Shown piece by piece: positions 27,801 to 38,740 of a stretch of 64,000 nucleotides of DNA. The position numbers and the translations under genes were made by a program. The stretch's first letter is position 1. The number at the start of each line of letters is the position of its first letter. A model generated the notes under the pieces. That model had not been told where the DNA came from and searched no databases. It saw only the letters and a program-made list of their open reading frames with translations. Source of the stretch: a virus (taxonomy: Duplodnaviria > Caudoviricetes); IMG/VR virus record IMGVR_UViG_3300020472_000021, positions 3,145 to 67,144 of that record, one strand, 5' to 3'.

Positions 27801-30353
27801 ACTTGTAGATGCAACACCAGAATAAACTCCATCAGCTGCAGCAGCTACTGTTGTAGATGTTGTGATTGTTGTAGCAACAACTGAACCACCAGAATCTCTG
27901 ACATTATCTCCTACAGAATATGCTGAATCTGCAATATTATTAGCAGTTGGTGTTAATACAGAAACTTCTCCATTAGTTACAATATAAGTTTCTGGTTGAA
28001 CAAGATCAAATGCTGAAACCTGTAATATATCCCCTACAGTATATCCATTACCTCCGTCAGCAACACTAACTGAACTAATAACACCTAATTTATCAATGGT
28101 ATATGCAAATCCACTACCAGCACCAAATTCAGGTTCAAAGTTAACAACCAATGCACCTGGTGCAGATGGTTGAATTGAAAGTGTTAATTCCGTAGCACTT
28201 TCAATACTTGATATGGTAGTTCCAGTGATTAGTACACCTGTACCACTCACTTTATTAACAAGCATTCCAGTTACAAGTCCAGTTGTAGAAGGAACAGTCA
28301 GTCTTGATGGGTTTTGGTTTGTAACTTTAATATCAGCAACACCTGGAGTTGGTGGAGCAATACTTAAAGTAAATTGAGTAGCACTGTCAACAGATTGAAT
28401 AACAGTACCTGCTGCTACTTGACCTGGATTATTAATATTTGGAATAATGTCAACAGTATCACCAACCATAACCCCTGTTGTACTAGCAACAGTAATCTGT
28501 GGGTTGCCTGGTTCAACTGTTTGAACAGAAATAGTTAAGTCGTTATTTGGAGTAACACCACCTACCGAAGTACCTAGAATAACAAGTTGATCTGATGGAG
28601 TATACCCTGTACCAATATTAGTAACTGTTACATTATCATATGATGCATTACCTCCAGCATATAAAACATCAACAGTAACAATACAACCATTACCAGTTCC
28701 ACCAGTAGGAGTTATGTTTGTATATGTTTGGGATGATGAACCTGCTGCAATACCACTCCATGTAAGAGTCTGTATACCAGCGTTAGAGACGAAGTTAACA
28801 CCTGTAAAGTCTAATTCACCTCTAGCGATAGTAGATACGTTTGTAACCGCTGCTGGAAGCGTTAGAACGTCTCCTCCAGTGTATCCACTACCATAGCTGG
28901 GAATATTATCAAGAGTTTGGACAGCACCCATTGTTGCGCCACCCAATGTGTATACAAATCCAGAACCTGTTACACCAGCACCAACATCAGATGAATTCAT
29001 CAAATCTGTAGCTGTTACACCACAAGCATCACCAGAAGCATAATTTTCACCAGAGTTAGTAACATTAACTTCACTAACTTTACCTGGAACCGTTGTAATA
29101 ACATATTGGAATCCAGAACCTGTAGCTACATCGGTTAATGTAATTCCTGCTCCCATATTATTATGAAGAGCACAACTAACAAAAAGATTATCTGTTACAG
29201 GAGCAGCAGGAACAACCCAAGTTATTTGTCTAGTCGTAGCAGTTGTATAATTAGCAAGCCAATCTGCTGTAGATACATTAGAACCATCTAATGTGTATGT
29301 AATTCCATCTGTACTAATAGTTGCAGTATCATCCTGTGTTGTAGAGAGAAATAGTGGATGATTTGCAGCAGTAGTATCATTCAAATCAAAGATATATGTC
29401 TTACCTTTCAATAAATTAAAATTATCAATTTGAGATCCATCAAGATAATATCTACCACTAGCAGCTTTAATTACAAATGTCTGTGTACCAGATACATCAA
29501 TTGTTGCAGATACTGTATCATTTGCTACAAATCCTGTACCAGATACCCATTCACTTGCTCCAACTCCTCCAGAGAAATCCTGAACAGAACCATTTTGTAC
29601 AACTAAATTAACAAGACCATTAGATCCAGTACCACCTGTCAGAGAAATACTTCTCCAAGTACCATTTGGATAGTTTGAACCAGCAGTAAGTGTACCGTCA
29701 ATAGCATCAACTACAAATGTTGCTGCTAAGTTTGTACCACTACCACCTGTAATAGAAATGTTACTATAAGTACCTGGCGTATAGTTATCACCACCATTTG
29801 TTACAGAACCAGATACTTCGGGAACAGTAAAATCAAATAATGCTCCAGTACCAGTTCCACCAATCAACGCAATGTTCTGATAAACACCAGGATCATATCC
29901 AGATCCCTGATTAGTTACTGATCCACTAAATCCATCAACTTCAATACCTAATAAAGCACCGTCACCAGTACCACCCAAAGCAGGGATACTAGCATACGTA
30001 CCACCATCATAGTTTTCACCAGCAGTAAGAATAGAAACATACTGACTATCGAGACTATTCTTCTCAATAATAAAATTTCGATAATACTTTGTCGAAACAG
30101 CAGATAGATCTGCTATTTTCTTACTGGCATGGGCAAAACCAAATACTCCAGCAGAAGGTCTATAGACACCTAACTGAGTGTCATTTGTAAACGCTAGAGA
30201 AGGAGCTGCTACAGTTCCATCTCCTAATCTTAATAGTCCTGTTGAGAGGTTTGATCCTCCTGAAGTAACAGAAAATATCTGGGTACTGATAGTATTAATT
30301 TTGACCCTTTGACTCTCAAAGGTGTCCGTTCTCGCTACATTAATTGCTGGCAT
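24897..30353 (-). CDS. 1818-aa fibre/baseplate-associated structural protein with cupredoxin-like modules
   Basis: INVARTDTFESQRVKIN N-terminus, DGTVAAPSLAF, many GxGY..G.Y....TGGTG repeats, HPLFL...CALHNNMG, two W.SLGGVRD.D.NTY repeats. Confidence 0.8.
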   Translation of the reverse strand: MPAINVARTDTFESQRVKINTISTQIFSVTSGGSNLSTGLLRLGDGTVAAPSLAFTNDTQLGVYRPSAGVFGFAHASKKIADLSAVSTKYYRNFIIEKNSLDSQYVSILTAGENYDGGTYASIPALGGTGDGALLGIEVDGFSGSVTNQGSGYDPGVYQNIALIGGTGTGALFDFTVPEVSGSVTNGGDNYTPGTYSNISITGGSGTNLAATFVVDAIDGTLTAGSNYPNGTWRSISLTGGTGSNGLVNLVVQNGSVQDFSGGVGASEWVSGTGFVANDTVSATIDVSGTQTFVIKAASGRYYLDGSQIDNFNLLKGKTYIFDLNDTTAANHPLFLSTTQDDTATISTDGITYTLDGSNVSTADWLANYTTATTRQITWVVPAAPVTDNLFVSCALHNNMGAGITLTDVATGSGFQYVITTVPGKVSEVNVTNSGENYASGDACGVTATDLMNSSDVGAGVTGSGFVYTLGGATMGAVQTLDNIPSYGSGYTGGDVLTLPAAVTNVSTIARGELDFTGVNFVSNAGIQTLTWSGIAAGSSSQTYTNITPTGGTGNGCIVTVDVLYAGGNASYDNVTVTNIGTGYTPSDQLVILGTSVGGVTPNNDLTISVQTVEPGNPQITVASTTGVMVGDTVDIIPNINNPGQVAAGTVIQSVDSATQFTLSIAPPTPGVADIKVTNQNPSRLTVPSTTGLVTGMLVNKVSGTGVLITGTTISSIESATELTLSIQPSAPGALVVNFEPEFGAGSGFAYTIDKLGVISSVSVADGGNGYTVGDILQVSAFDLVQPETYIVTNGEVSVLTPTANNIADSAYSVGDNVRDSGGSVVATTITTSTTVAAAADGVYSGVASTSNNNGVDATFDVSRSPTGAVLSATITTTSSGAFYQANDTITITGNLVGGASPADDIVMTVSSVGNAQTAVIIRKIVANGGFIQKIICDKLSINANDYLVKDVGTPTTGDKIATVTDEYRFYIDKGDGNGVQYTPSATFYAGNSYKFDLSSGTLGGHVFSLSQFRDGQWAPSRFENISATLATTTKQVTLNSTSGMLAGMKVVKVSGDGIIPSTTVIASVDSGTQITLSESPTTAGAVVLNIFGAEYITGVTRTGTDLTIKITDNTPTLYYYCGTEQSTHANEGGDDNDEASFTINTVNPKTFGSGFQLQVTDVVVQEIINGNVLTGAFSAVDLQSSTGTITTGTINNLSSDTATLTTAAIPSITAATSMTIAVDDPASHDITLTSKNVKFGTTWSTIVSTGDTTMGGFFNSPDIRLGDNLKILAADASINSLAGYDIKLSPDTGRIVDVATTTALAVPSGDTAARPTAGIVKDGCIRYNTDSNSYEGYNQNTTSWASLGGVRDLDGNTYLLAEETVGANDNTHWFINDNVNSIRISPNYVEFVNTKKLRSINTTAPAFTEWAANTPYAVDDYVKYKNNLYKVTSAGTSATSGNEPTHTSGTQANGTTDMLWDRLAVADLTFEDINLVKIGPNNSTTALSINDDLRFSGNKISTDTNDLIIQPNAGKKVVVNTNTTFAVPAGTTAERGTPVQGSLRYNSTTSQYEGYDGTNWGSLGGVRDVDQNTYIIPELSAGSNENTLFFYNDGAESMRLTTTALDFYAVDTIRSQTSDEFEITASMMTFDSAATTLDNTQASKTFLYTSKQNFDIGVASGIYTEPVLRLDYLGDVYLNTGFGTGNYNGVKIFDSDLKDFELADAKIKTDIVQMVKGSINVGNTDIYEVATEKGAKVVIVAENTNTNHKEFVEFGVTDDGANVYHSEYGNLQTSGKLIDSTFEYTAQNKVRLNFSLATNVTNTHTVKVTIVSNITKK

Positions 30354-30546
30354 TTGATACTAACTCTCGCAACAGGGATTTAATCTCAAGAATTTCTTCT
30401 TTCAACATATTTATGTCGTCCAATGCGGAACCTAAGTTCCGCGTCTTACGTCTAGCTTCTATAGCAGAAGTGTCCTGATTCAAGATGGCCCCTGTGTTTT
30501 CATCCCTTACGAGACCGTCATGACCCTTAACCTTGAGATATTCCAT
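30340..30546 (-). CDS. small hypothetical protein
   Basis: LKVKGHDGLVRDENTGAILN plus C-terminal coiled coil; overlaps next start. Confidence 0.75.
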   Translation of the reverse strand: MEYLKVKGHDGLVRDENTGAILNQDTSAIEARRKTRNLGSALDDINMLKEEILEIKSLLRELVSNASN

Positions 30547-30555
30547 TCGCGGAGT

Positions 30556-33500
30556 TTAGAACGATGCTACAGCTCTAAGATCCTGAATCTTAGACACATA
30601 TGCTGGATCAACTGATTTCATTACAACTTTCACAGCAAATGACGAGAATTCAGCGATGTCAGAAGCACTGTAACTCAGTTCTTGATAAGAAGATTGTTTC
30701 TCAACAACACCAGATATTGTATTCTCGCTATTAGCAACTTCACTCTGATCTGGTACACCTGTACTATTGAAGTATTGCCAATCAATATCTTCAAAGTTTT
30801 CTTGACTTGCTGCTTTCTTAATTCTATAAAGAACTTCAATATTTGAAATATCTTTGACATTAACTGTCAATTTAACATTGACATTTGTTGCTGGATTACT
30901 AATTCCAACTTCCTTAGTAACATACTTAGCAATAGATGATCCATTCTTAGAAGTATTCTCAGGAATGAAATCTAAACCATTGGTATAAGTTACCTTACCA
31001 ACTTGTAAATAATATGCTTCGTCATCTACCTGATCTGGATATTTAACTATATCTCCAACACGGAATATATCAGGAGTCTGACTAGCAATAATTGGATTTC
31101 TATTATAGTCAGCACTATCTATTATTCTATCAGTAAAGTTATCATTAATTGGTTGTGTGTCAGTTCTTACAGTAAGTTCCTTACTATTAGAATCCCACTG
31201 TTGACTAGTACCAAGTATACCGTAACTTGGACTATCATAAACCTGTGTTATAGTACTAGGATTACGTGCAACTATAGTTGCTGCATCAGCAATAGATGTA
31301 ATAACTTCTTGAGGATAAGTATTAACTGTAACAGTATTATTATCTGTTACAGTACTCTGAACACTTAAACGTATACGTTCTCCTTTCTGGAAATACTGAC
31401 TAGTTTTAACTCTTACAACCACTTCACTTGAATTTACTGCTGCAATAGTACCAGATGCTTTTGAAGTATCACCTGTAATTGTTTGATTACTTGTTATAGC
31501 AGTACCACCATTACCAGTAAGATTAAATTTATATACTGGATAGAATTCTAGTATTTGATCTTTTCTACCAAATCTATCTTCTTGACCACTTCCATTTTCA
31601 ACTCTGTTAGAAACCGTCTTAATAGATGCAGATGAAAGATCCACAACTGGACTCAAATGAGACACAGTAGATGTAAGAAGTAATTTATAAGTTAAAGACT
31701 CATTCAAACTATTCATTGTTTCATTAATCTTAGAAGCAATAAACTTCTGATTTGTGAAATAATGTGGTTCATTTAAGAATGTCTTTTCATAATCACTAGA
31801 TCTTGCATATGAAACATAATTGGTTGTAGTAGAATCAACTGGTACTACATTAGTAGTTTTAACTGATGTTTCTATCTTAGTTCCACCTGTAGTTAAATAT
31901 TGAACTTGTGGATATAATATCTCATATTTTCTGTTATGTGATGCATAAGTAGTAGTTCCACCACCTATAGCGTTACCTGATGCTTGAGAAGCACTAGTAA
32001 TAGTGTAACTATCAACACCTCCATTATCTACTTGGAATAAGTTAGTGTTGAGATTATCTGCGGTAATACCTGCTACTTCTGTTGCAGACCTATAGAATAC
32101 ATATGATTTTCCAGTATCTTCAAAACCATTATCTCTATGATTTACTTTAATAATCTTATTGTTATTCTTAAAGAGTTTAGCTGATGCTGAAGTTGCAGCA
32201 CTAGCATTAGTTTCAAATGGATTTTTACTTAATAATGTATATCCTAAATCACCATTCTTAAGTAACAATTCTGCTGGTCTAGTAACATTAAACTCAGCAC
32301 GATATAACTTAAACTTAAGATCCTCAAATATATCTTCTGTCCAGTTATCTACGTTCTGTGATTTATATACAGAACCTAATGATGGTTGAGAAGTAATAAC
32401 TGTGCTTGTAGAAACATCAGTATCACCTAATTTGGATGCCCAAAGTTCGTAATCAATTGAATCTGTTTCAACTGCGAAAGCATATTCAGTATCATTTTGA
32501 AGGTATACTGGATAATCAAACTCGAAGTATGTTGGTATGGTTGAATTAGTAACACCAGTTTGATCTGTTGCTACACCCATCCGTACAGCAGGAGTATCTA
32601 TTTCAATAGCAGTTGTTATTTCACAACCACCTGCTCCATTACCAATACCTTTAACAACAACTGAAGGTGCTTCAGTATATCCATAACCTGTAAGTAGTAC
32701 TTCTGTATTATAAACTTTACCTCCTGATACAAATATACTTGCAGTAGCAGTAGATCCACCAGGTAATTGAGGACTCTCAATAGTTAATAAAGCACTATCA
32801 TAATTCTGACCAACAGCAGTTACCTTAATTTCAGATAACTTACCACTATCCTTAGCAATAGTTAATTTTAATTCAGTAGCATTAGTATTATTTGCTAATG
32901 TAACTGAAGGAATAGTTAGATCTTCATTCTGATTAAATGATTTGCCATTATGGTTACTAAGAACAAGAGTATATACTTGTTCATTAGTTAATGTATAAAC
33001 ACCAGATGCTGTAGCAACTAAATCAACTCCATTTCTATCAATTACTTTTTGAATAGGTCCACTAGCAGCAGAACTTACACCAGTTGCACTCTCTCCTCTA
33101 GTTACATTAACATTTCCATTAGTGTATACTTTAATATATGTACTAGGTGCTAAAACTTTTTCTGTTCCTGGAACAACATTCTTTCCTGGTTTATCACCAT
33201 CAACATTACTAATATAAACTTTAACTGGAATATCACCACTCTTCTTACTGAAGAATAGATCAGCACCAGTTACAAATACACCACCATCAAAGTTCTCTAC
33301 TTTAAATGTCTGAGCAAGAGGATTAGGTCTTACTGGGTTATCTGTATTATTGTCTATTATTTGTACACCTTCATTTGCTTTGAAGTATGCTGGTCTAGTA
33401 GAAACAATACTTGATGGATTCTCTGGAAGAATACCAGTTGCATAGTACTTAACCTCTGCATATGTATCAACAGTTGACTTATCAGCATCAGTAGCACTAG

Positions 33501-36500
33501 ATGTAAATCTAAATGTCTTAACACCAGTTGTTACACGAATCTCTTCTGCAACAGTATCATAAGCTACAGTATCAACATCACCACTCCAAGTTGCATTCTC
33601 TCTTGGTGGTTGACCAGCAGGAAGTAAAATTATACCACTAGCATTACCATTATTATCTGTAACAACATCTCCATTAAATGCAGATGGGGAATTACCAGCA
33701 GCACCAGTAAATCTAAGGTCAGGGTTAACCCAACGATTAACATTTCTACCTTCTAAGAATACAGATATCTTTGTATTTGGTTTTAATCTATTAACAACAA
33801 ACTTAATTGCTTGACTTCTAGCAAAGAACTGAAGTGCAGTAGATACAATCTTTCCATCAACAGTCTTAGTTTGAATACCTTTACCAACCTCATTATTCTG
33901 AGGACTTACATTAGAAGAACTTGCAACAGATGCTGAATTAACAGAAGCAGCAGCTTGTTGTGTAGCAACTTCACCTAATGAATTGATAGCAGTAAATGAT
34001 GGTGATGTTCCAACCCAGTTACACACAAATGAATTATATAAACTAGAGAAACTTTCACTAACATGATCCTTAGCAAGGAATATACTATAAAGATTAGTAT
34101 TTGTATCTACAACTAATGGTTCAATACCCTGATCATACCATTGATCTATTGCTGGAGAAATAACACTATCTCCAACATATTGAAGAACAACAAATGGATT
34201 TGGATTTATTGTCTTGGATGCAAAATCATTTCCTAATAAAGAGAATGATGTATATGGAAGTGTAATAATATCACCAGACTTCTTATAACCAGAAACTGCT
34301 CTCTGATCTTCTCTTGCATTAACTTCTTCTAAAGATACAGAATCTTCTTTGGATTGTGGACGTAATACTGACTGTTGACTATCTATAGCACATTGATAAT
34401 CTAAAGATTTTAGATTACCTAATCCATGTGTTTCAAAGTTATCAACAAAGAATCCACTCTTAAAGCGATCCATACCAATTTCATCCTTGATCTGCATATT
34501 CAATGCTTGTTGCTCAAGAATACTTAATGTTGTATAGAACTCTAATCTCTCAACACGCTTCTCTAGTTTACCGATATCACGCATTGTATAACGTTTGTTA
34601 TCGACTGGAGTAATTCTTACATCTTTAGTTGTCTTAGTATATGCAGGAATATAAGCATAGAATAGAGGAACCGCATCTGCAATAGGATCTGGTTTAGATG
34701 GGTTAAGTGAAGAGTTACCTTGTTTGATAACAAACTCACCTTTCTTATTAAGGAATATACCATCAATACGATCTAAGTATTGAACAGTACTGAATGAGAA
34801 TGTATATTCTAAATTGCTATCTGGAGCAGGAGTAGATGTAACAACAGCACCAGCACCAGAGAATGCTCCACTAGTATTTGCTAGAGAAGATACATCTTGG
34901 AATCCAGCAATAATAGAAGTACTATCTACTTTAGGTCTAAAGTCAAGTACATTCTTAAGTTCAACCATTCCATGAACATTAGAATCAAAAGTAGGTATCT
35001 CATCTTCAGGAACACCTGCTTCATGTAAGTAACTATCAATAGTACAGAAATCTCCTTGTGATTGCTCAAAGTAATCAAAACCAATTACTAATTGTCCTGT
35101 TGTTGCCTGTGCTCCTGGTTTAATAACGATTCTTGAAACGTCATAAATCGTATCTCTTTGACCATTGTCGAAGGTAAACCTGTCAGTAACGTCAGTACCA
35201 ACAATGAGATTACCAGCACTATCAACTTCAGGTGGTTGTGATGAAGTTCCTTCGTAAACATATCTTAGTTTATATGCATCTGAATAAGATGTAATTGCAA
35301 TTACTTCAGTATCATAATCAGTTCCTCTGAAAGGAATAACACGATCACCAGAAGAAGGAACAATAATTCTCTTATTGCTAACTGATGTTTTAAGTCTTGG
35401 TTTAGCATTGCTAACTTCAAGAGTAGCAGTTAATTTTAATTTGGGGAATGTTCCATAATTATTTGGATCTCCACCAAAATAATTTGATGGTAGTTGTAAA
35501 GTAATACTACCAGATGTTAATCCACTAGCAGTGTCAGTAGCAGAAGTAATTTCTACACTATCAGGTGGAAGATATATGATATCTCCAGCAGCAATATCTG
35601 GAGCACCACCTGGATTTAATACAGTTACTATATAATTTTCTTCACTGAAAGCAGTAAACCTTTGTGTACCATAAGGTAATTGTGCAGCAAAAGTAATTAA
35701 ACCACCACCAGTAGATGTCTCTGCAACAAAATCTCTACGGAAGAAATATTTAATCTTAGTATCGTTACCACCAGCAGAAATTTTCTGTACTTGCTTACTA
35801 CCAGTAGGATATACTAATGTACCAGCAACAGTCTTACCTGCTTTAGGACGTAACCTAACAATATTTGTATTATTTACATCTGCTGGTAGAACAGTATCTA
35901 GATATATTCTAGTCTTAGCAGAACCTTTTGGTTCAGTTGCATATTGAACTATTGCACGAACTAAATCATTATTGCTATCAGAGAATTGAACTATATCTCC
36001 TTGTTGTAATTCTTTTGAAGCATCTGCACTGAAACTAGTAGATTCAATAAAGTTGTATCCATTGCTACCAAAGAATGTATATTCTGTTACATCTTTAATA
36101 TCTGAAAAAGATCTATCATTAACCACAATATCAGCAGTGAATTTATTAGCACCACCAGATCCATATTGACAACCAACAGACTTAACATTTGCTGGTGTAT
36201 AAGTTGTTACAGCATTTCTCACAAGTACAGGAAGAACAGCAGCAGCATCACCAGCAGCAGTTCCTGGTCCATTCTTAACTGTAACTGCTGGAGGTTGAGC
36301 ATATGTTACATTTAATCCAGCTCTATTCAGTACCTCACAAGAATATATCTTTCCACTACTACCAATTCTGTCTATGGTAATAACAGAGTTATCGTAATCA
36401 ACACCATTAATTGTTAATGCAGAATCATCATTATAACCAAGACCTCCTTTTTGAACTATAAAATGAGAGATAGTATTATCCTTAGCAATCTTTATTGTAT

Positions 36501-38682
36501 TTCCTGCTTCATCCTTAATAGTTTCACCAGATTCAAACTTTCCTGAAAGTGTTTTGATAAAGAGGATCTTTCCAGTTGAATAAACACCATTAGATGCTCC
36601 TTCAATGACACCATAAGACTCACTAGATAATCCAAAGATATATTTACCTATTTCAAATGTACCACCTGTTCTTGGTCTCTCAAGAATAATCTTAGTATAG
36701 AATTGAGGATCAAAATAAGAGAATCCAAAAGTAGTATTATATGCAGCACCACCTTGAGATAAACGTCCTTTAGAAAGAACAATATCAGAATCAGAATTGA
36801 ATCCTAATCCTCTTTCTTGTAGTACAAAGTTACTAGGCTTAGCAGTTCCTATTACAGGAGTAATAGTCTCGCTATAATCTACAATAAATCCTAAACCTAA
36901 TTCAGCAGCTACTTCATTTGAAGCATCAGCAGATGTAAAGAATATCCTTCTTTGTTTACCAGGATCACCTAAATCTTTCTCTGTTAATAATGCTTCAAGC
37001 TCATCCTTACTTCCACTAACAGTTAACTCTAAGTAGAATACTGAGGTATTAGGTTCAATAAGTGGTTTATTAACCTTAGCAAATGCTAATGATTTAATTG
37101 AACTAGTACCTGTTGGAGTATTAGCATCATCTCTTTTTTTAATAAAATAAAGAGTTCCTAATAAACTTGCAAAGTTAGAATCATCTATAGATGCAAGTGT
37201 ATTAGAGGTACTTGTTACTTGAATAGTAATAGTTTTTATACCATCATTAGAAGATAGTATAGTACCTCTCTTATTAGTAGTCTGTCTATGATCAGTTGCT
37301 GCTTCTGTACCATTTAAACCTACAGTACCATCATTAAATGAAGAATATAAAAATACTGTTGGGTATGAAGTTAGGTCGGAACCCTCTTGGTTAAGAGGAA
37401 CACTTCCATAAACATTGTTTATACTATAAGTAGGTAATCCTTTAGTCTTTAATGTTACATTATCACTAGCAAGACTTTCTTTTGCTTTATCAACTGTTAA
37501 ATATTTGGTTTCTTTATTAACAATTTCATATCCTTTAATATATGCTTTACCAGGTCCAATGCTGGCAACCATCTTCTTAGATGCATCAGCAGCAGATAAT
37601 CCGTTATAAAGTCCTAGATCATCAGCAGCATATATGCCCTGATTACCATCTTTCTGTGCATATTCTCTTATGTCAGTTGTAAAACTGTCTACTACATAAT
37701 CTCCACTCTCATCAAATGTTCTACGAGCAAGAGTTTGTTCTAATAAATTATAATCTGTTGGAGATACTTTCTTTTGTACAACTCCTCTAGAAACTCTAAG
37801 AAGTTCTATGAAGTTTTTATCTGTGATTGTATCAAGAGAAAATTCTTTTAATGTAAGACCAATCTTTAATCTATGAGCACCAGGTGCAGTAGCATTAGAA
37901 GATCCTATTGAATTATCATATAATGATGCATCTTCTTCAGGAGTTATAATATCTTCAACAATAGTAAATCCAATCTTTGCAGATGGTTTGTCGTAATATT
38001 CATCAATGACAAGAAGATTAGAATCGTTACGAACAAAATAACCATTAATGAAGTAAATACCTTCTTCTACTTTAACAGCAGAACCATATCCCATTGCAGG
38101 ACTTTCAAGTGAAGTAACCTCGCTAGTATCAGGGTTAGTTACTTGAATACTCGTAGGAAGTACACTACCATCTGTACCTACCACGAGTAAAGGAGTATTG
38201 ACACCATCAACAACTTCTAGAGTCTCACCTTGTCTAAAAGTAGACTCAGTATTGGAATTACCACTATTAAGATAATTGACAAAGACTGTATCAGCTGATG
38301 CTTCTGTTGCTAGTTTCGTTGCTAGTATCGTTCCTACAACACCAGAAGTTATCCCTTTCAGTTGTTGTCCAACTAATAGAGATATATCGTATTTCTTATA
38401 AACAATCTCTCCACCTTCGTTAATTGCTACTTCTGAAACAGAAGATAGTTTAACGTAATCTAATTTAGTGTTGAGACCGACCTCTCCAGGAATGACAAGT
38501 TCACCCTGTTTAAAGGCATACTTACCAAAAGATTCAATCTGATTCTGTAGAATAGATTGAACCTGCGTTAATTCTCTACCCTGTATAGAGTAACCAGGAC
38601 GAAATAGAATTTTATAAAAATTCTTGTTTACGTCAAAGTCCTCGTAATAAGGGCTTACATTTAAGTTCGTCTTTTGTGGCAT
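30556..38682 (-). CDS. VrlC-like / DUF4815-like large virion structural protein
   Basis: MPQKTNLNVSPYYEDFD...LFRPG..IQGRELTQ.QSILQNQ, APGAHRLKI, LARRTFDESGDY, RYTMRDIGKLEKR, FKSGFFVDNF, PLAQTF. Confidence 0.85.
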   Translation of the reverse strand: MPQKTNLNVSPYYEDFDVNKNFYKILFRPGYSIQGRELTQVQSILQNQIESFGKYAFKQGELVIPGEVGLNTKLDYVKLSSVSEVAINEGGEIVYKKYDISLLVGQQLKGITSGVVGTILATKLATEASADTVFVNYLNSGNSNTESTFRQGETLEVVDGVNTPLLVVGTDGSVLPTSIQVTNPDTSEVTSLESPAMGYGSAVKVEEGIYFINGYFVRNDSNLLVIDEYYDKPSAKIGFTIVEDIITPEEDASLYDNSIGSSNATAPGAHRLKIGLTLKEFSLDTITDKNFIELLRVSRGVVQKKVSPTDYNLLEQTLARRTFDESGDYVVDSFTTDIREYAQKDGNQGIYAADDLGLYNGLSAADASKKMVASIGPGKAYIKGYEIVNKETKYLTVDKAKESLASDNVTLKTKGLPTYSINNVYGSVPLNQEGSDLTSYPTVFLYSSFNDGTVGLNGTEAATDHRQTTNKRGTILSSNDGIKTITIQVTSTSNTLASIDDSNFASLLGTLYFIKKRDDANTPTGTSSIKSLAFAKVNKPLIEPNTSVFYLELTVSGSKDELEALLTEKDLGDPGKQRRIFFTSADASNEVAAELGLGFIVDYSETITPVIGTAKPSNFVLQERGLGFNSDSDIVLSKGRLSQGGAAYNTTFGFSYFDPQFYTKIILERPRTGGTFEIGKYIFGLSSESYGVIEGASNGVYSTGKILFIKTLSGKFESGETIKDEAGNTIKIAKDNTISHFIVQKGGLGYNDDSALTINGVDYDNSVITIDRIGSSGKIYSCEVLNRAGLNVTYAQPPAVTVKNGPGTAAGDAAAVLPVLVRNAVTTYTPANVKSVGCQYGSGGANKFTADIVVNDRSFSDIKDVTEYTFFGSNGYNFIESTSFSADASKELQQGDIVQFSDSNNDLVRAIVQYATEPKGSAKTRIYLDTVLPADVNNTNIVRLRPKAGKTVAGTLVYPTGSKQVQKISAGGNDTKIKYFFRRDFVAETSTGGGLITFAAQLPYGTQRFTAFSEENYIVTVLNPGGAPDIAAGDIIYLPPDSVEITSATDTASGLTSGSITLQLPSNYFGGDPNNYGTFPKLKLTATLEVSNAKPRLKTSVSNKRIIVPSSGDRVIPFRGTDYDTEVIAITSYSDAYKLRYVYEGTSSQPPEVDSAGNLIVGTDVTDRFTFDNGQRDTIYDVSRIVIKPGAQATTGQLVIGFDYFEQSQGDFCTIDSYLHEAGVPEDEIPTFDSNVHGMVELKNVLDFRPKVDSTSIIAGFQDVSSLANTSGAFSGAGAVVTSTPAPDSNLEYTFSFSTVQYLDRIDGIFLNKKGEFVIKQGNSSLNPSKPDPIADAVPLFYAYIPAYTKTTKDVRITPVDNKRYTMRDIGKLEKRVERLEFYTTLSILEQQALNMQIKDEIGMDRFKSGFFVDNFETHGLGNLKSLDYQCAIDSQQSVLRPQSKEDSVSLEEVNAREDQRAVSGYKKSGDIITLPYTSFSLLGNDFASKTINPNPFVVLQYVGDSVISPAIDQWYDQGIEPLVVDTNTNLYSIFLAKDHVSESFSSLYNSFVCNWVGTSPSFTAINSLGEVATQQAAASVNSASVASSSNVSPQNNEVGKGIQTKTVDGKIVSTALQFFARSQAIKFVVNRLKPNTKISVFLEGRNVNRWVNPDLRFTGAAGNSPSAFNGDVVTDNNGNASGIILLPAGQPPRENATWSGDVDTVAYDTVAEEIRVTTGVKTFRFTSSATDADKSTVDTYAEVKYYATGILPENPSSIVSTRPAYFKANEGVQIIDNNTDNPVRPNPLAQTFKVENFDGGVFVTGADLFFSKKSGDIPVKVYISNVDGDKPGKNVVPGTEKVLAPSTYIKVYTNGNVNVTRGESATGVSSAASGPIQKVIDRNGVDLVATASGVYTLTNEQVYTLVLSNHNGKSFNQNEDLTIPSVTLANNTNATELKLTIAKDSGKLSEIKVTAVGQNYDSALLTIESPQLPGGSTATASIFVSGGKVYNTEVLLTGYGYTEAPSVVVKGIGNGAGGCEITTAIEIDTPAVRMGVATDQTGVTNSTIPTYFEFDYPVYLQNDTEYAFAVETDSIDYELWASKLGDTDVSTSTVITSQPSLGSVYKSQNVDNWTEDIFEDLKFKLYRAEFNVTRPAELLLKNGDLGYTLLSKNPFETNASAATSASAKLFKNNNKIIKVNHRDNGFEDTGKSYVFYRSATEVAGITADNLNTNLFQVDNGGVDSYTITSASQASGNAIGGGTTTYASHNRKYEILYPQVQYLTTGGTKIETSVKTTNVVPVDSTTTNYVSYARSSDYEKTFLNEPHYFTNQKFIASKINETMNSLNESLTYKLLLTSTVSHLSPVVDLSSASIKTVSNRVENGSGQEDRFGRKDQILEFYPVYKFNLTGNGGTAITSNQTITGDTSKASGTIAAVNSSEVVVRVKTSQYFQKGERIRLSVQSTVTDNNTVTVNTYPQEVITSIADAATIVARNPSTITQVYDSPSYGILGTSQQWDSNSKELTVRTDTQPINDNFTDRIIDSADYNRNPIIASQTPDIFRVGDIVKYPDQVDDEAYYLQVGKVTYTNGLDFIPENTSKNGSSIAKYVTKEVGISNPATNVNVKLTVNVKDISNIEVLYRIKKAASQENFEDIDWQYFNSTGVPDQSEVANSENTISGVVEKQSSYQELSYSASDIAEFSSFAVKVVMKSVDPAYVSKIQDLRAVASF

Positions 38683-38716
38683 CTTACTATCGCCAATACT
38701 AGCATCTTGTCCTTAG

Positions 38717-38723
38717 TATTTAG
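38717..38723 (-). promoter_or_regulatory. late promoter CTAAATA
   Basis: Intergenic, upstream of VrlC-like gene. Confidence 0.7.
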
Positions 38724-38740
38724 CGAAGTAATTGAAGTGC

